Positions 25,601 through 36,850 of a stretch of DNA of 64,000 nt are shown piece after piece (position 1 is the first letter of the stretch; every line of letters begins with the position of its first letter). Both the position numbers and the translations under genes were made by a program. Under the pieces are notes generated by a model. It saw nothing but the letters and a program-made list of their open reading frames with translations. It was not told the origin of the DNA and did no database searches. Origin of the DNA: Vicugna vicugna (Eukaryota); contig MU058824.1 of NCBI GenBank assembly GCA_013265495.1, positions 2,631,111 to 2,695,110 on the forward strand, in the 5' to 3' direction.

Positions 25601-27411
25601 GAGTTAGGCAAGCCTGTGGCGAGTGTGACCAGTGGGCCCACTGGGCAGTTGGGGGACGTCTGGGGCAGACTCATTGCAGACCTTGAGTGCCAGGCTGCCA
25701 GGTGAAGCTTCATTCTGTCCTGGGTTATTGGTCCATTTAACAGTTAAGGTGACATGGCATTGTTTTTGTTACTGTTATTTTTATCATTACTTTAAAAGGC
25801 TGCTTTGTTCCACATATGCACCCTGGCTGTTTGCTAGCATTGGCAGGAGGTTGGGATCCTGCAGACAGCAGGTGGAGTTCAGGTTTTGAATGCTGCATGA
25901 GATAGGAACAGGGTCCCATGCCGATGCCCATCAGGGCACTGAGCCCCCAAAGCTTCCGTGAGCTCTCAAGATCCTAAATCTGAAAAAATTCGCCTTGGGT
26001 TGAAATTCCAGCTCCACTTAGAAACCTCAGTCTGTGCGAGGCGTGTGTTACCAGGTAACCAGGAGAGGCAACGAATGCCACTTTGTGAGAGGGACAAAGG
26101 AGGGGGGCCTCGTGCTCAAAAGCCTTTCATGCCGAGGGAGGGGGTCTGAGGCACAGGCTGCAGGGAGCCAGATTAAGCTGTTTCTTGTTCCACATCGTAA
26201 CGTGACTATTAGCATAAATTATCAGGGCTATTCAGTGCATTGATTATTAAACTCTTTGGTTGTGTGCTTTTTCATACGAGCAGATGGGGTCCTGGAGGAT
26301 GACTTGTGATATTCTTTCTTTCCTGAGTGCCATTAACTTTAAAGAAATCTCAGAGGCATTAGGGAAGATCTGTTATTCCAGCCATCAAGGATACACTCAG
26401 TTGATGGGGTGGGGGGACAGATCCCCACACACTAATAACAGTATCGATCCCTTTCATTTGTATCTGTGGATAATAACGCAGTCACATCCCTCCTCTCCGT
26501 TCACCCCGGAGGATGTGGGGACACAGTCCTCATCTTCATTTGTAGATAAGGAGGAAATTCTTAGCAACTTGACTAATGGTTGGCGACTGGACCCCCAGGC
26601 ATTTGAATTTCCCTTGGTACTATTTTGCCCACCTGCAGTGCTGCCTCTGTAGGTGCACACCTGGGCGACTATTCTGTTTCCTGATGGTCAGTCTGTGCCA
26701 CCCCAGCATTTCCAGGGCTGTTGCTGGCATGAGCAGAAGCAAACGAGTGTTTAGCAAGGAAGAGCTAGAGAGATGAAGCTGGTGCATTCCCAGACTGGGC
26801 CATCCTCCCTCCTGAAGGCAACATGACTCTTGCCAAAGTCGGTAGAGACGAGAGCCCCAGCTCTTTCAGGAGTGTGGCAGCTCTGACAACAGTAAGGTGA
26901 GAGGCTGGGCCCTGGGCTTGCCAGAGTGAGGGCAATGAGCCACTGCCTCTGGAGCCTCTGGGCAGCGCCCACTAATAGGCCCGCTCCCCAGAGGCCAATA
27001 GAGGGTCTTGTTCAGGCGGGGCACCTTAGAGGAGACTACCCTTGGGTGGCACACCCTGCCGATTCCTGAGGTCCCTTCATGGAAGCCTTTCACAGTTGGC
27101 AAAGTGTCTTGTAACTGTTCTGCACAACAGCCTATGGGGCAGGGAAAAGAGGGAGAATGAACCGTGCCCACTTTTAAGAAGAAGAAACTGAGGCCAAGTC
27201 ACAGCCCTGGAGTGTGGCAGAGATAGGATTTGAACCCGAGTTCCTCCTGCCTGCGGTAGTCAGGAGGTTGAGCACCCCAGTGCCACACTCAAATGAGCCC
27301 TTGGGGACAGCAGGCCTGAAAATGACTGGCCAGGATTAAGGACACATCACCCATTTACTGGCATCCTCACAAGAGCTGTTCCCTCGGGTGATGTACGGAG
27401 GGTTCCACTTC

Positions 27412-27949
27412 TATGCAGAAAAGAGTAACACAGCAGACTTGAGGCTGGCATCCTTAGGAAGGCCTGCTGGGAAGGTTGACCCTTGGCTGGTATCTGGGAA
27501 GTTGGATTTGGGGAGGGTTCCCACTGTTTCCAGAACTGATAACAGTAGTTCACTGTCTGAACTGTACAAACAACGTGGTTTACACTTTCATTCTACAGGT
27601 CTGAAATTTTGGTATGCAGTAGGCTGAGGGTGCCTGGGGACCAGCTCCCAATGGTGCCACCAGGCACTGAGTGTCCAGTGAGCTTCCTTGGTAGAGGGCA
27701 CGTCACATGTGTTGTCACATGTTTATTGCTAGGGAATTAAGTGCATCTTGTGTGACTCCACTGGGAGAGGCTCTTGGAAACATGTGCGTGATTCCCCCAG
27801 TCTCTGCTCCTTGAGACTTTTCCTTTTGCTGATTTGCTTTGTCTCTTTTTGTTATAATAAATCCCAGCTGTGTGTAAAATATGCGGAGTCCTGTGAGTCC
27901 TCGTAGCAAATCATTGAACCTGGGACTTGTCTTGGAGGCCCCCAACACA
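27412..27949 (+). mobile_element. Solo LTR, MER68/MER77-like (ERVL), in IGFBPL1 intron 1
   Basis: tgcagaaaagagtaacacagcag...gaaggcctgct...cccttggctgg start and ...cccccaacaca end match the recalled consensus. Confidence 0.7.
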
Positions 27950-30900
27950 ATCCCTAAGGAATTCTTTCATATTCTGGAATGGAATCCATACAGATAACAA
28001 ACGTTTCACTTTAAAAATCCATATGGAATTCACAGGATCAGGGTGCCGGGGTTTGGGGCCCTGCTCTTCCAGGCGCTTCTCCTTTCTGAGCCTTGGTTTT
28101 CTTATCTGGAAAATGGGGATAAAAGCACCTACTTCGCAGGGCTAATGTGAGGATGAAAGGAGTGGTGGACATGGAAATGTCATCTCAGGAGAAGTCAAGA
28201 TGGTGTGGGACAGAGCTCAGGCCAGCCCCTGGGGCTCTACTGTTTAAGCCTGGGTAACCCTTGCTAGCTCCCCTAGCTGGCAGCTGGGGAGGTTGCTGGA
28301 AGGATCAAATGGGTTAACCCTGCAAGCAGAAGGGTACGTAGCACATGGCAAGCTCTGTGTTAGCTGGTAGCATCATTACCATTACTACTATCATCATCAT
28401 GATGACTGATTGTAAAGAGCTATTATGGATAAAAGTATTTTAAATTTAAAATCAGATATGTTAACATGCAAAACCAATAACTATGACAAAGAGCAGCATG
28501 AAGAAATTTTTTGAGGTAACCAACAGTGCAGTCTTGGTACTGGTTACGCGACTATGTGCAATCGTCAAAACTTAGAACTATACACCAGAAGGAGTGAATG
28601 TACTGTATGGACATTTAAAAATAAATCAAAATTTGAATGTCACTTTATCATCAAAAGCAGGGAGCACTTTTACAAAAGAAGTGCTGTTTTCTGCCACGAA
28701 AGGCATGGCAAAGGCAGTATTTCCAAGACAGTCTTTCTTAATTGTAGTTACTGAAAAAGAGGGAAATGCAGGGAGAGAGATGAAATGTGATTTACTGCTG
28801 TTTTCATTTAGGCCTGAAAGGGATTGATGAAATCTCATTTAAAATTTATGACTTTACATGAACGAAAGTAAAACATGTTGATTGAGTGTCCCTTTGGAAT
28901 CCGTTGAGGGCTTTGGAATAAGATGCAGCTCTGATTGTTCCCACAGCGAGCCATTTGAGGACTGGTCTGGGCTCCAGGGGAGGTGCTGCTGGCAGGAGGA
29001 TGTGAATAAATTAGACTCTCTTTGTCGTCCGTTGCAGATGGGGCTCCGCCAGAGAGGCAGGGTGTTGTGGTCCTTTGTGGCAGTTGGCAGGTGGCTGGGG
29101 TGCGGGCAATGTTGGAAGCCTACAACCTTGGTTCATTCGGGGCACTGGCTACCCTCGGGGTTGTGAGTTGGGGTGTGGTGCTTGGAGGGCATTCAGTTAG
29201 TCACAGCTGAAGGAGTGAGTTGATCAGGCTGAGGGGGAGAAAGCAGCCTGGGGTGAGGAGGGCAGGCAGGGTGCTGCGGGGCTCCTGAGGGCAGCCCTGG
29301 GATTGACAGGTGGGAGTTACAGGGAGACGGGTTTTAGCTCCAGGTGAGGACAAGCTATCTCACCAGCACAGCCATGGTTGGAAGCTCCTGGCTCCGTAGG
29401 TGGTGAGCTCTCTGTCACTGGGGGCGTGCAAACGGAGGCTAGATGAGCACATCACAGTCAGTCAGGCACATGCTCCTGGGGAGTTGTGCTCCTCCAGTTT
29501 GAGACTCTGGCCCTTAGACAATTTCTCAGAGATTTTTTGGCACCAACTTGACTGGCTCTGTAGGGGCCAGATCAGTCTCATTTCTTTGCCTTTCACTCCT
29601 TCCCCCCACGCTCTTTCTCCAGCCTTCTGTCTCCCTCCCTTTGTTCTCCTGCTTTTATCACAGCCCCACCTGGTGGGCCAGGGCCCTTTCCCTCTCCAGT
29701 GCTGGCCTGTGGAGGGCCGCAGGGATGTCCATGAGTCTCCAGGTGAAGTCCCAAGAGTTGTAGACTCTGCAGTTTGATGGCCCAAGGATGAGAGTGTTTG
29801 CTCTTTGATTTGTCGTGTTTCTTTACCCAGTCATCTGTTTGACAGTCCCACTCCTGCCCCCACTTGCATATTGTGTGAACTTAAACCCTTATGTTCACAC
29901 TCATCATGTGGTAAGATCAGCTCAACAGCCCTGTGAAGCAGAGAGTGCTATCCCCATTTACCAGCAGACCTGAGCAGAGCGCGTTTTCCTTGCCAGGCCC
30001 CGACACTGTGCCCTGCCCAAGACCCGGGGCCAGCTGCGAGGTGGGGCCAGTGAGACCAGGTGGAAGTGCCTGGACTACAAGGCAGGCTGGGCTTCAACAG
30101 GTCAAAAAGGAGCAGACCTCCCCCCATCCTGGACTAAGACCCAGACCCCCCAGGCCCTCAGGATTGGGAGGTGAGGGTGCTTCCGATGTGGAGGGGAGGC
30201 AGGGCAGTGAGGGCAGATATGCTGAGGGCCGGATGGAGGAGGCCCTGAAGGCCAAGGCACCTGGCCTTGAGTCTTGTAGTCCCAGTGTGAGCAGAAGAGA
30301 TGCCAGGCACAGGGAGGAGGGCAGAGTGTGGAGTATCAGCTAAGAATGTCTGACTCGAATGCCACGTGCTCTCCAGTTCCACCCAGGTGCCGGGGGAGCC
30401 CACACCTCCCTGTCCTTTCTGTAATGTCCTGGTGGCCTAGAACCACATTGCCTGACTCCCTGATTTGCCTCTCTCTGGGCAGACAGGCTCAGCTTCCACA
30501 CCTGCAGTTTTGCCCTCAGGGATGGGGAGTGTGGGTGGGGGTGGGGGGTCTGATATGCAAATGAGTATCTTGAACTGCAGGGGGTCTCAGCTCAGAGTGA
30601 GCACAGCTGCTCTTCATGGCATTATTCTTTGAAACGCCCTCCACGCGGAAGGAGAAAAGCCCATCTGTTAGGAGACTGCCATGGGTGAAGTGACACCAGC
30701 CCCTCCCGGAGCCTGCCGCCGTACATGTAGTTGAGTTGTAAGCAGATGGCAGCTGGGCCCTGGGAGTGAGGGTGATGAAACCACAGACGTGCTGGGGGAC
30801 TTTGGGAAGTTGCCCTTCCTCTCTGCATCCCTGTTTTCCGTTGGTAGAACAAAGGCGATGAATGAGGAAACACGTAGGCATCTTTCCAGGTCTAGGGGGA

Positions 30901-31073
30901 ACTCTCTTCTATGATTCCTTGCCTGTGAGTGTGTCCTTTCTGTGTGGAGAGTGCTCACCTGCCCTGCCCCGCTCACGTTAGACTGTCCCAACCTGCACTC
31001 TGCAGGCAGGGAGTCTTCGATCTGGGAGGCTTGGTCAGGGTCAAGGTTGTGTTCCCTTGTCTGCTTCTCCCAG

Positions 31074-31183
31074 CTCCTGTGGTCATCACTCCACCGCAGA
31101 GTGTTCACAACGTCACTGGGGCACCGGTGTACCTGTCCTGTGAGGTGAGGGCTGTGCCTACCCCAGTCGTCACATGGAGGAAG
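31074..31183 (+). CDS. IGFBPL1: IGFBPL1 coding exon 2 (start of Ig-like domain)
   Basis: Acceptor cttctcccAG; reads (A)PVVITPPQSVHNVTGAPVYLSCEVRAVPTPVVTWRK; donor AAG|GTATTT; 110 nt, phase-compatible with exon 1. Confidence 0.96.
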
Positions 31184-31814
31184 GTATTTATATCCAAGAA
31201 CTTCTGTGTGTGTGGTGGGGGTGGATGTAAATGTTTTTTAAGTGTGTTTGTATCTTTTTATGTGAATCGGAGGATTTTTAGAAACATCTTATGCTCCACT
31301 CCTCTGCCTCCAAATTTATGCCTCAGAACTTTTACTGGAAAGCTCTCCACAGAGAGCTTTCCTCCCTCTGACACTTTAGCTGTCCTGAAAGTTCTGCTGT
31401 TTATCTAGCCTGGGTCAGCTGGGATAGTTAGAGCCTGCTTCAGTGGATCTGGGTTTCAGAAAGACTTGGCTAGTGGAAAATGACCCAATCCTATTCCAAA
31501 ATTCAATCTTCCTGCAGATGAGTTTCTGAACAACTGGCCTGGGTCACAGCATATGTTGTCCCCTGACTTCAACAGCCCTGAGGAGGGCCATGAAATTCTA
31601 GTAGATAGTGGTGGTATCCGCATCTTTGCTGTCCAGCAGGGGGTGCCATCTGTACATACATTCAGCCTTAAGAAGCAACTGGCATTTTAATAGGAATAAG
31701 AGGTCCTAGGGTTGCAGCCTTCAAGTCAGGGAAGATGAAGACAGCGAGGATGTCTGTGGGGAGGTCCTTATCCAGAAATGCTTTTTCCAAACCATTCCTG
31801 GTTTTTCTCTGTAG

Positions 31815-31931
31815 GTCACACAGTCTCCTGAGGGCACCCAGGTGCTGGAGGACCTACCTGGGGACCACATCAATATAGCCGTCCAGGTGCGAGGGGGCCC
31901 TTCTGAGCACGAGGCCACAGCCTGGATTTTG
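31815..31931 (+). CDS. IGFBPL1: IGFBPL1 coding exon 3
   Basis: Acceptor tttttctctgtAG; VTQSPEGTQVLEDLPGDHINIAVQVRGGPSEHEATAWIL; donor TTG|GTCAGT; 117 nt, phase 0-0. Not in the ORF track, translated by hand. Confidence 0.96.
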
Positions 31932-32103
31932 GTCAGTATCTCATTTGTTTAGGATTACTGGCTGTTATGACTGGCCCTTGTAAAGAACCCTTTATATTTC
32001 TGTGACACATTACACCTTTCAAATGTTCTTATCCGCTTCTCCTGGGACCCTACAGTAACTGTGAGAGAAGCAGGGCAGGTAGCGTAACCCCTGAGAGCAG
32101 GCA

Positions 32104-32571
32104 TAGGTAGGCAGAATTTGGCCTCAGAAAATGCCCCAATCTCTGGAACCAGTGGATATGTTAGGTTATATGGCAAGAGGGGATTTAGGTTGTGGATGGA
32201 ATTAAGGTTGTTAATCAGCTCACTGTAATAAAATTTATCCTGGGTTATCTGGGAGGGCCCAGTGTAATCACAAGAGTCCTTTACTTGTGGAAGAGGCAGG
32301 TGGTTGAGAGCCAGAGAGATGGCAATGTGAGAAGACAGGAACCACCTGTGCTGGCTTTGAAGCTGGAAGAGGGGGCCACAAGCCCAGGACTGCAGGCCGC
32401 CACTAGGCTGGTTCTCCTAGGGCCTCTAAAAAGAAGGCGGCTCTGCTGACACTTTAATTTTAGCCTGCTGAGACCCAGTTGGGCCTCAAAAACCATAGAT
32501 AATACATTTGTGGTGTTTTCAGCCATTAAGTGTGTGGTAATTTGTAACAGCAGCTGCAGGAAACTAACACA
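32104..32571 (+). mobile_element. MaLR LTR (MLT1D-like) in IGFBPL1 intron 3
   Basis: ggtaggcagaat...gggcccagtgtaatcacaag...gtggtaatttgtaacagcagc..gaaactaacaca. Confidence 0.85.
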
Positions 32572-33523
32572 CTTGGCTGAGACCACATGACTGATAAAGG
32601 GGGAAGATAGCACCTTTATGCCCTCCTCCAGGGCTCTCCTATGCCCCGTGCAGCAGTTTTGCTAAGAAAAAGGAATGCCACGTGTTTGAAAGAGCCACGG
32701 AGGGGCGAGATGGGGGTCCATGCTAGGCTAGTCACTCTACCTTCCTCAGCTTCAGCGTCCACAACATAAAAAGAGGGCTTTGGACTGGACGGCGTCCAAG
32801 GGTCCTGTGACCCTAACATTCTGTGGCTTCCCTGTGAGTCTCCTGTAATATGAGGACTATGATGCTCCCCCTTCAACCACAATCGAGGTATGGATCAAAA
32901 TGAGATGGCATGCATAAACTCTCTACAATCTGTAGTGATGCGCAGTCGAGAGAGGCCGTTGTAACGAGAAAGCAAGAAAGGAGGGGGCTGTCGTGGATCT
33001 GTGTGAGAAAGGCTCTCTGAGGGGTCTTCCTCATTTTACCCCCAGCTCTGCCAGGTTTGGTGACTTCTCCACCCAGCTCAGAGACTCAGAATGCAGTCAA
33101 GTCCATGGCTTCTTCAAATCAAGCAAATTCCCCCCACTTTTTTACAAGAAGAGGCAGGGGAAAGGTTATCTCTGGTGTTATTTGTAAGGGCTGTTTCATT
33201 GGGAGCACTTGTGGGCCATACCTTGGTCAGTAGATTTTTGTTCTTTGTAGAATTTTCCTTTTAAACTCTACCTGTCCCCTTCAATACAAGGACCAGGTAG
33301 GTAGCTCACAGTAAAAGACAGGAATGTAGAGGAAACATGAACATGAGAGCCAGATAAAGAGGAAATTTAACTCTTTCTCAGCAACCAAGGCAAGAAGAGA
33401 AATAGAGCGAGCTGCCTTATTTTGAAAAGGAATAAGCGTTCAGACAAATCATTAAGAACAAACTAAGGAAGTGACTTTGTTGTGCGACATATGACTGTAT
33501 AAACTTGCCTGTTTAACTTCCAG

Positions 33524-33673
33524 ATCAATCCCTTGAAGAAGGAAGACGAGGGAGTGTACCAGTGCCACTCAGCCAACGCGGTTGGGGAGGCGCAGTCCCA
33601 CGGCACGGTGACGGTGGTAGATCTGAGTCAGTACAAGGCCCCCCGCTTCCCGGCTCCGGATGACCACATGTGA
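33524..33673 (+). CDS. IGFBPL1: IGFBPL1 coding exon 4 (end of Ig domain, stop codon)
   Basis: Acceptor aacttccAG; INPLKKEDEGVYQCHSANAVGEAQSHGTVTVVDLSQYKAPRFPAPDDHM*; DxGxYxC Ig motif; TGA 33671-33673. Total CDS 448+110+117+150 = 825 nt = 274 aa. Confidence 0.96.
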   Translation: MNPLKKEDEGVYQCHSANAVGEAQSHGTVTVVDLSQYKAPRFPAPDDHM

Positions 33674-35339
33674 CGGAGTAATGTGGGTGTTTCAAGTCAT
33701 TTTCAGTGTCTGTACACCTGTGTCACAAGAGATTGAGATGGCTTGTAAGATGTGTAATAAGTAAGAAGAAAGATACATGAATCGAGGGACCCAGGGGCAT
33801 GCAAAACAAGAGCAGGAATGGATTACAGTCAGCAGGTAGACTCTCTAGTACGTGCTACATAGGTGTCATTCTGGGCTTCCCACCTAGCATGCAGCGTCAA
33901 GAGCTCTGAACATTATGGGAGCCCGTCAGGTGAAAGAGACCAGTTGTTTTTTTCTGTTTCTGAGGCTGAATGGAATATTTCTTCTGAGTCCGCCCAGCAA
34001 GGGCGCTGAGAGAACAGATATCATCACTGTGATGCACCCACGTGAACGCCCGCCTGCAAGGAAGACAGTCTGAGCCACCTGGGTCTGTCCCCGGGTTCTT
34101 CCCTGTCTGTAGCTCTGCTGTCTCTGGGCCTTGTCTCCCCATCCTCAGCACCGTATGCCTCAGCAGCACACCTCCAGGAGAATTGGCTTCTCCCCTGGCC
34201 AGGTGGCTCCTATCCTCATAGCCACCCAAGTGAGAGGTGGGCTGCATCTGTCCTCCTCCAACAGGTAGACTGGGAACTTAGGAAGCAAGTCCCTTTATCA
34301 GCCAGCCTTTGCTGCTTCACAGCCCCCAGCCCTGCTGGGTCACAGCCACCAGCACTGATCTCCTGCTCACATTCCGTGTCATGGCTGCAGGCTGGCTGTG
34401 GCTCTGCTCCATGTGTCTTCTCACGTGGGGACCCAGCTAGGGTCCCCAGCTTTGTTTTTGTTTTTTTAAAACCAGAATAGGATTTTACTGTGTAAAGTTT
34501 ATAGAGTATGACTAGTATTCCTCTGTACAAAGTGCATAACAAATGGTTTTAAATACAACTGAGAGAAATATGAGTCCTATGACAAATTTGTTACACGCGA
34601 ATCATTTACACGTACATTAAGAAAAAAACAAAAACTCCCAGTGTGGAGTATGTCCATTCTTACGGCCGAGGGGACGAGCAAGAGGCTGAGCCAAACACAC
34701 AGTCTCAGTTAAAGTTTCTGTGCCCATGTGGCACAGGTCACATAGCTTAGGTCCACGGCCAAGGCAAGTCACACGGCCACACCCAGCCTCAGTGGGGTAG
34801 AGGGATGTCTTCTCTCACAGGAGGCTGAGGGCAGGGTGCATGATCCTCGTACAGGATCGGAGGGAGGAACAGTCATGAACAGGTACCATCACCAAGGCTG
34901 CCTGATGACTTTTTAATAGAGCAGGAAAAATGAGAAGCAGGTTTGACAGCTTAGGAAAAGCAGAAGGATTTGGCTGTGTTTGTAATCCATATTATTCCGT
35001 ATTTAGACACTGTTGCCATGCTCCTTCTGTGTACAGGGTCTGTAGGATATGCACAGAAAAATGAAAGGTGAACTGCATTAAACTATAAGGAATGTAATGT
35101 TAAGGAAATATGGGGCGTGTGTGAGTTTGAGGCAAGAGAGGCGGCTTAGAACTGGGGAAAATCAAGGAAGGCTTTGCTGAGGAAGTGAGGTTGGGGTTGA
35201 AGGATGGGTAGATAACAGGTGGTTAGAGCTCCTGGAAACAGGGAGGAAAATGTAAGGTGTAAAATCGTCAAATAGGAATTCAGTTAGGAGATGGCTCTTA
35301 CAGTTGCCCTCCTGATACTTAACCTTCTGGTTTTTATAC

Positions 35340-35525
35340 GTGTATTGTCATACATGTGGAACAAAAAGTCAGGTATCAGGACTTTTTGTTCTGTACACTT
35401 GTATGTATATTTATGTATGTACATGTGTACAAGTTTCATGTTTTAAATATATATATAATTTTAACTATATATACATACACATATGTATGTGTAATACAGA
35501 AATGATACCAGGCTATGTACATAGT
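35340..35525. repeat. Low-complexity (TA/TG/CA) tract
   Basis: tgtatgtatatttatgtatgtacatgtgtac...tatatatacatacacatatgtatgtgt. Confidence 0.7.
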
Positions 35526-35935
35526 TTATCATAAATGAGTTTTCAAAAGGAGTCATAAAGAACTGTGGAATTTTACGACCATTGCCATCGCCTATTTCTT
35601 GAGCTCCCTCTATAACATGCAAAATTGGCCAGCTCTTGTTTGCATACCTCCAGGGACACAGAGCTCACTACCACCAGACAACCATCTTTAGATTTTCCAA
35701 AAGTTGAAAGTTCCTCCTTATATTAAGCTGGAACCTGCCTCCCTGAAATGCCCACCCACTGGTTTTATATGTACTTCTTGGACCCCCATAGGGCATCTCT
35801 GCTCCCCACCACCCCCACTCCTGGCTGGGGAGAGATTTAAAGTTAGGGTCATTTACCCCACCTTTCATCTAACACATAGTTGTCTGTGACAAAGCAGGCT
35901 TCTTTTCTCTAATTCTTTTCCCTCTTTCCTTCTAG

Positions 35936-36850
35936 GGTCTTAGAAACACTGATCACAGGATGACGGAAAAGTCAAGCCATGGATCGTTTGCTTTGTGAAG
36001 AGTTGGAAAAACTGTGTTTGTAGATGACCCCTTTTGTACGTTTTTAAAAATTAGATGCACACTAGATTCGTATGCAGATGTAGTTTTTAGCAGGACAAAC
36101 ATTGGGAAAACAGACTGCATGTAGCCTTTTTATACTTTTGAAATGAATAGCTCTGTGAGAATTCTTTTTTTACCTATTCCCTCCAAGGGAAGGTATATTT
36201 GTTACCGTGTATTTGTAATTCTAAAGGGCTGGACCACGGCATGTGTCAGCTGTGACTCTTTACCTCATTTGTCTAGGACCGATTAGCGGAGCTCTGTGAC
36301 TTAAAACACTGTGTGTAGGAGGAGTGGGGAGGACCCTGCTGTCCTCTGCCTGACCTCTAACTTGCTGTGGGACCTGGGCAGGTCCCTCCCCTCCCTGGCC
36401 CTTGGTCTCTTCACCTGTGAATGTGGTATTGGAACTGGATGTTTCCTGTTTCTTTGAGTGCCACCATCCCAGTGTAAGATGGTCCTACGGAAAAAATACA
36501 GGAAGTGTAGTCTTAGCATCCTTTTTAAAATGGTATTCCCTCAAAAAGCAAATACTAGGGTGTGGACAGCTGGCTGTAGCTCGTCTGTTCCTGCCATCTT
36601 CCCATTTTAAAGAGGTTCCGTCCTAGCTGGAATACTTAACCGGGCTGAGTGTTTGGGGACCAAGACATCTACTTATTAACAAGGCCAGCATTCTCTAACC
36701 AGATGGGCAGTGGAGACCTGGCCTCTGGACATCAAACTGTAAAAATGGGGTCAGCTACTCTCCCTGGGCTGTGGAACTAGAGTGGAGTGCAATACATTTT
36801 CCTTAGAGATGTTTTGACCTCACCCAGAAATAAAGCTTTCTTTCTTTTCT
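35936..36850 (+). other. IGFBPL1: IGFBPL1 terminal non-coding exon (3' UTR); 3' end uncertain
   Basis: Long pyrimidine tract and TAG at 35933-35935; GGTCTTAGAAACA... resembles the IGFBPL1 3' UTR as I recall it; candidate donor GTGGGT at 33683, 9 nt past the stop; AATAAA at 36829-36834. Confidence 0.7.
36829..36834 (+). terminator. Candidate polyadenylation signal for IGFBPL1
   Basis: AATAAA followed by a T-rich stretch, about 0.9 kb into the terminal exon. Confidence 0.45.
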
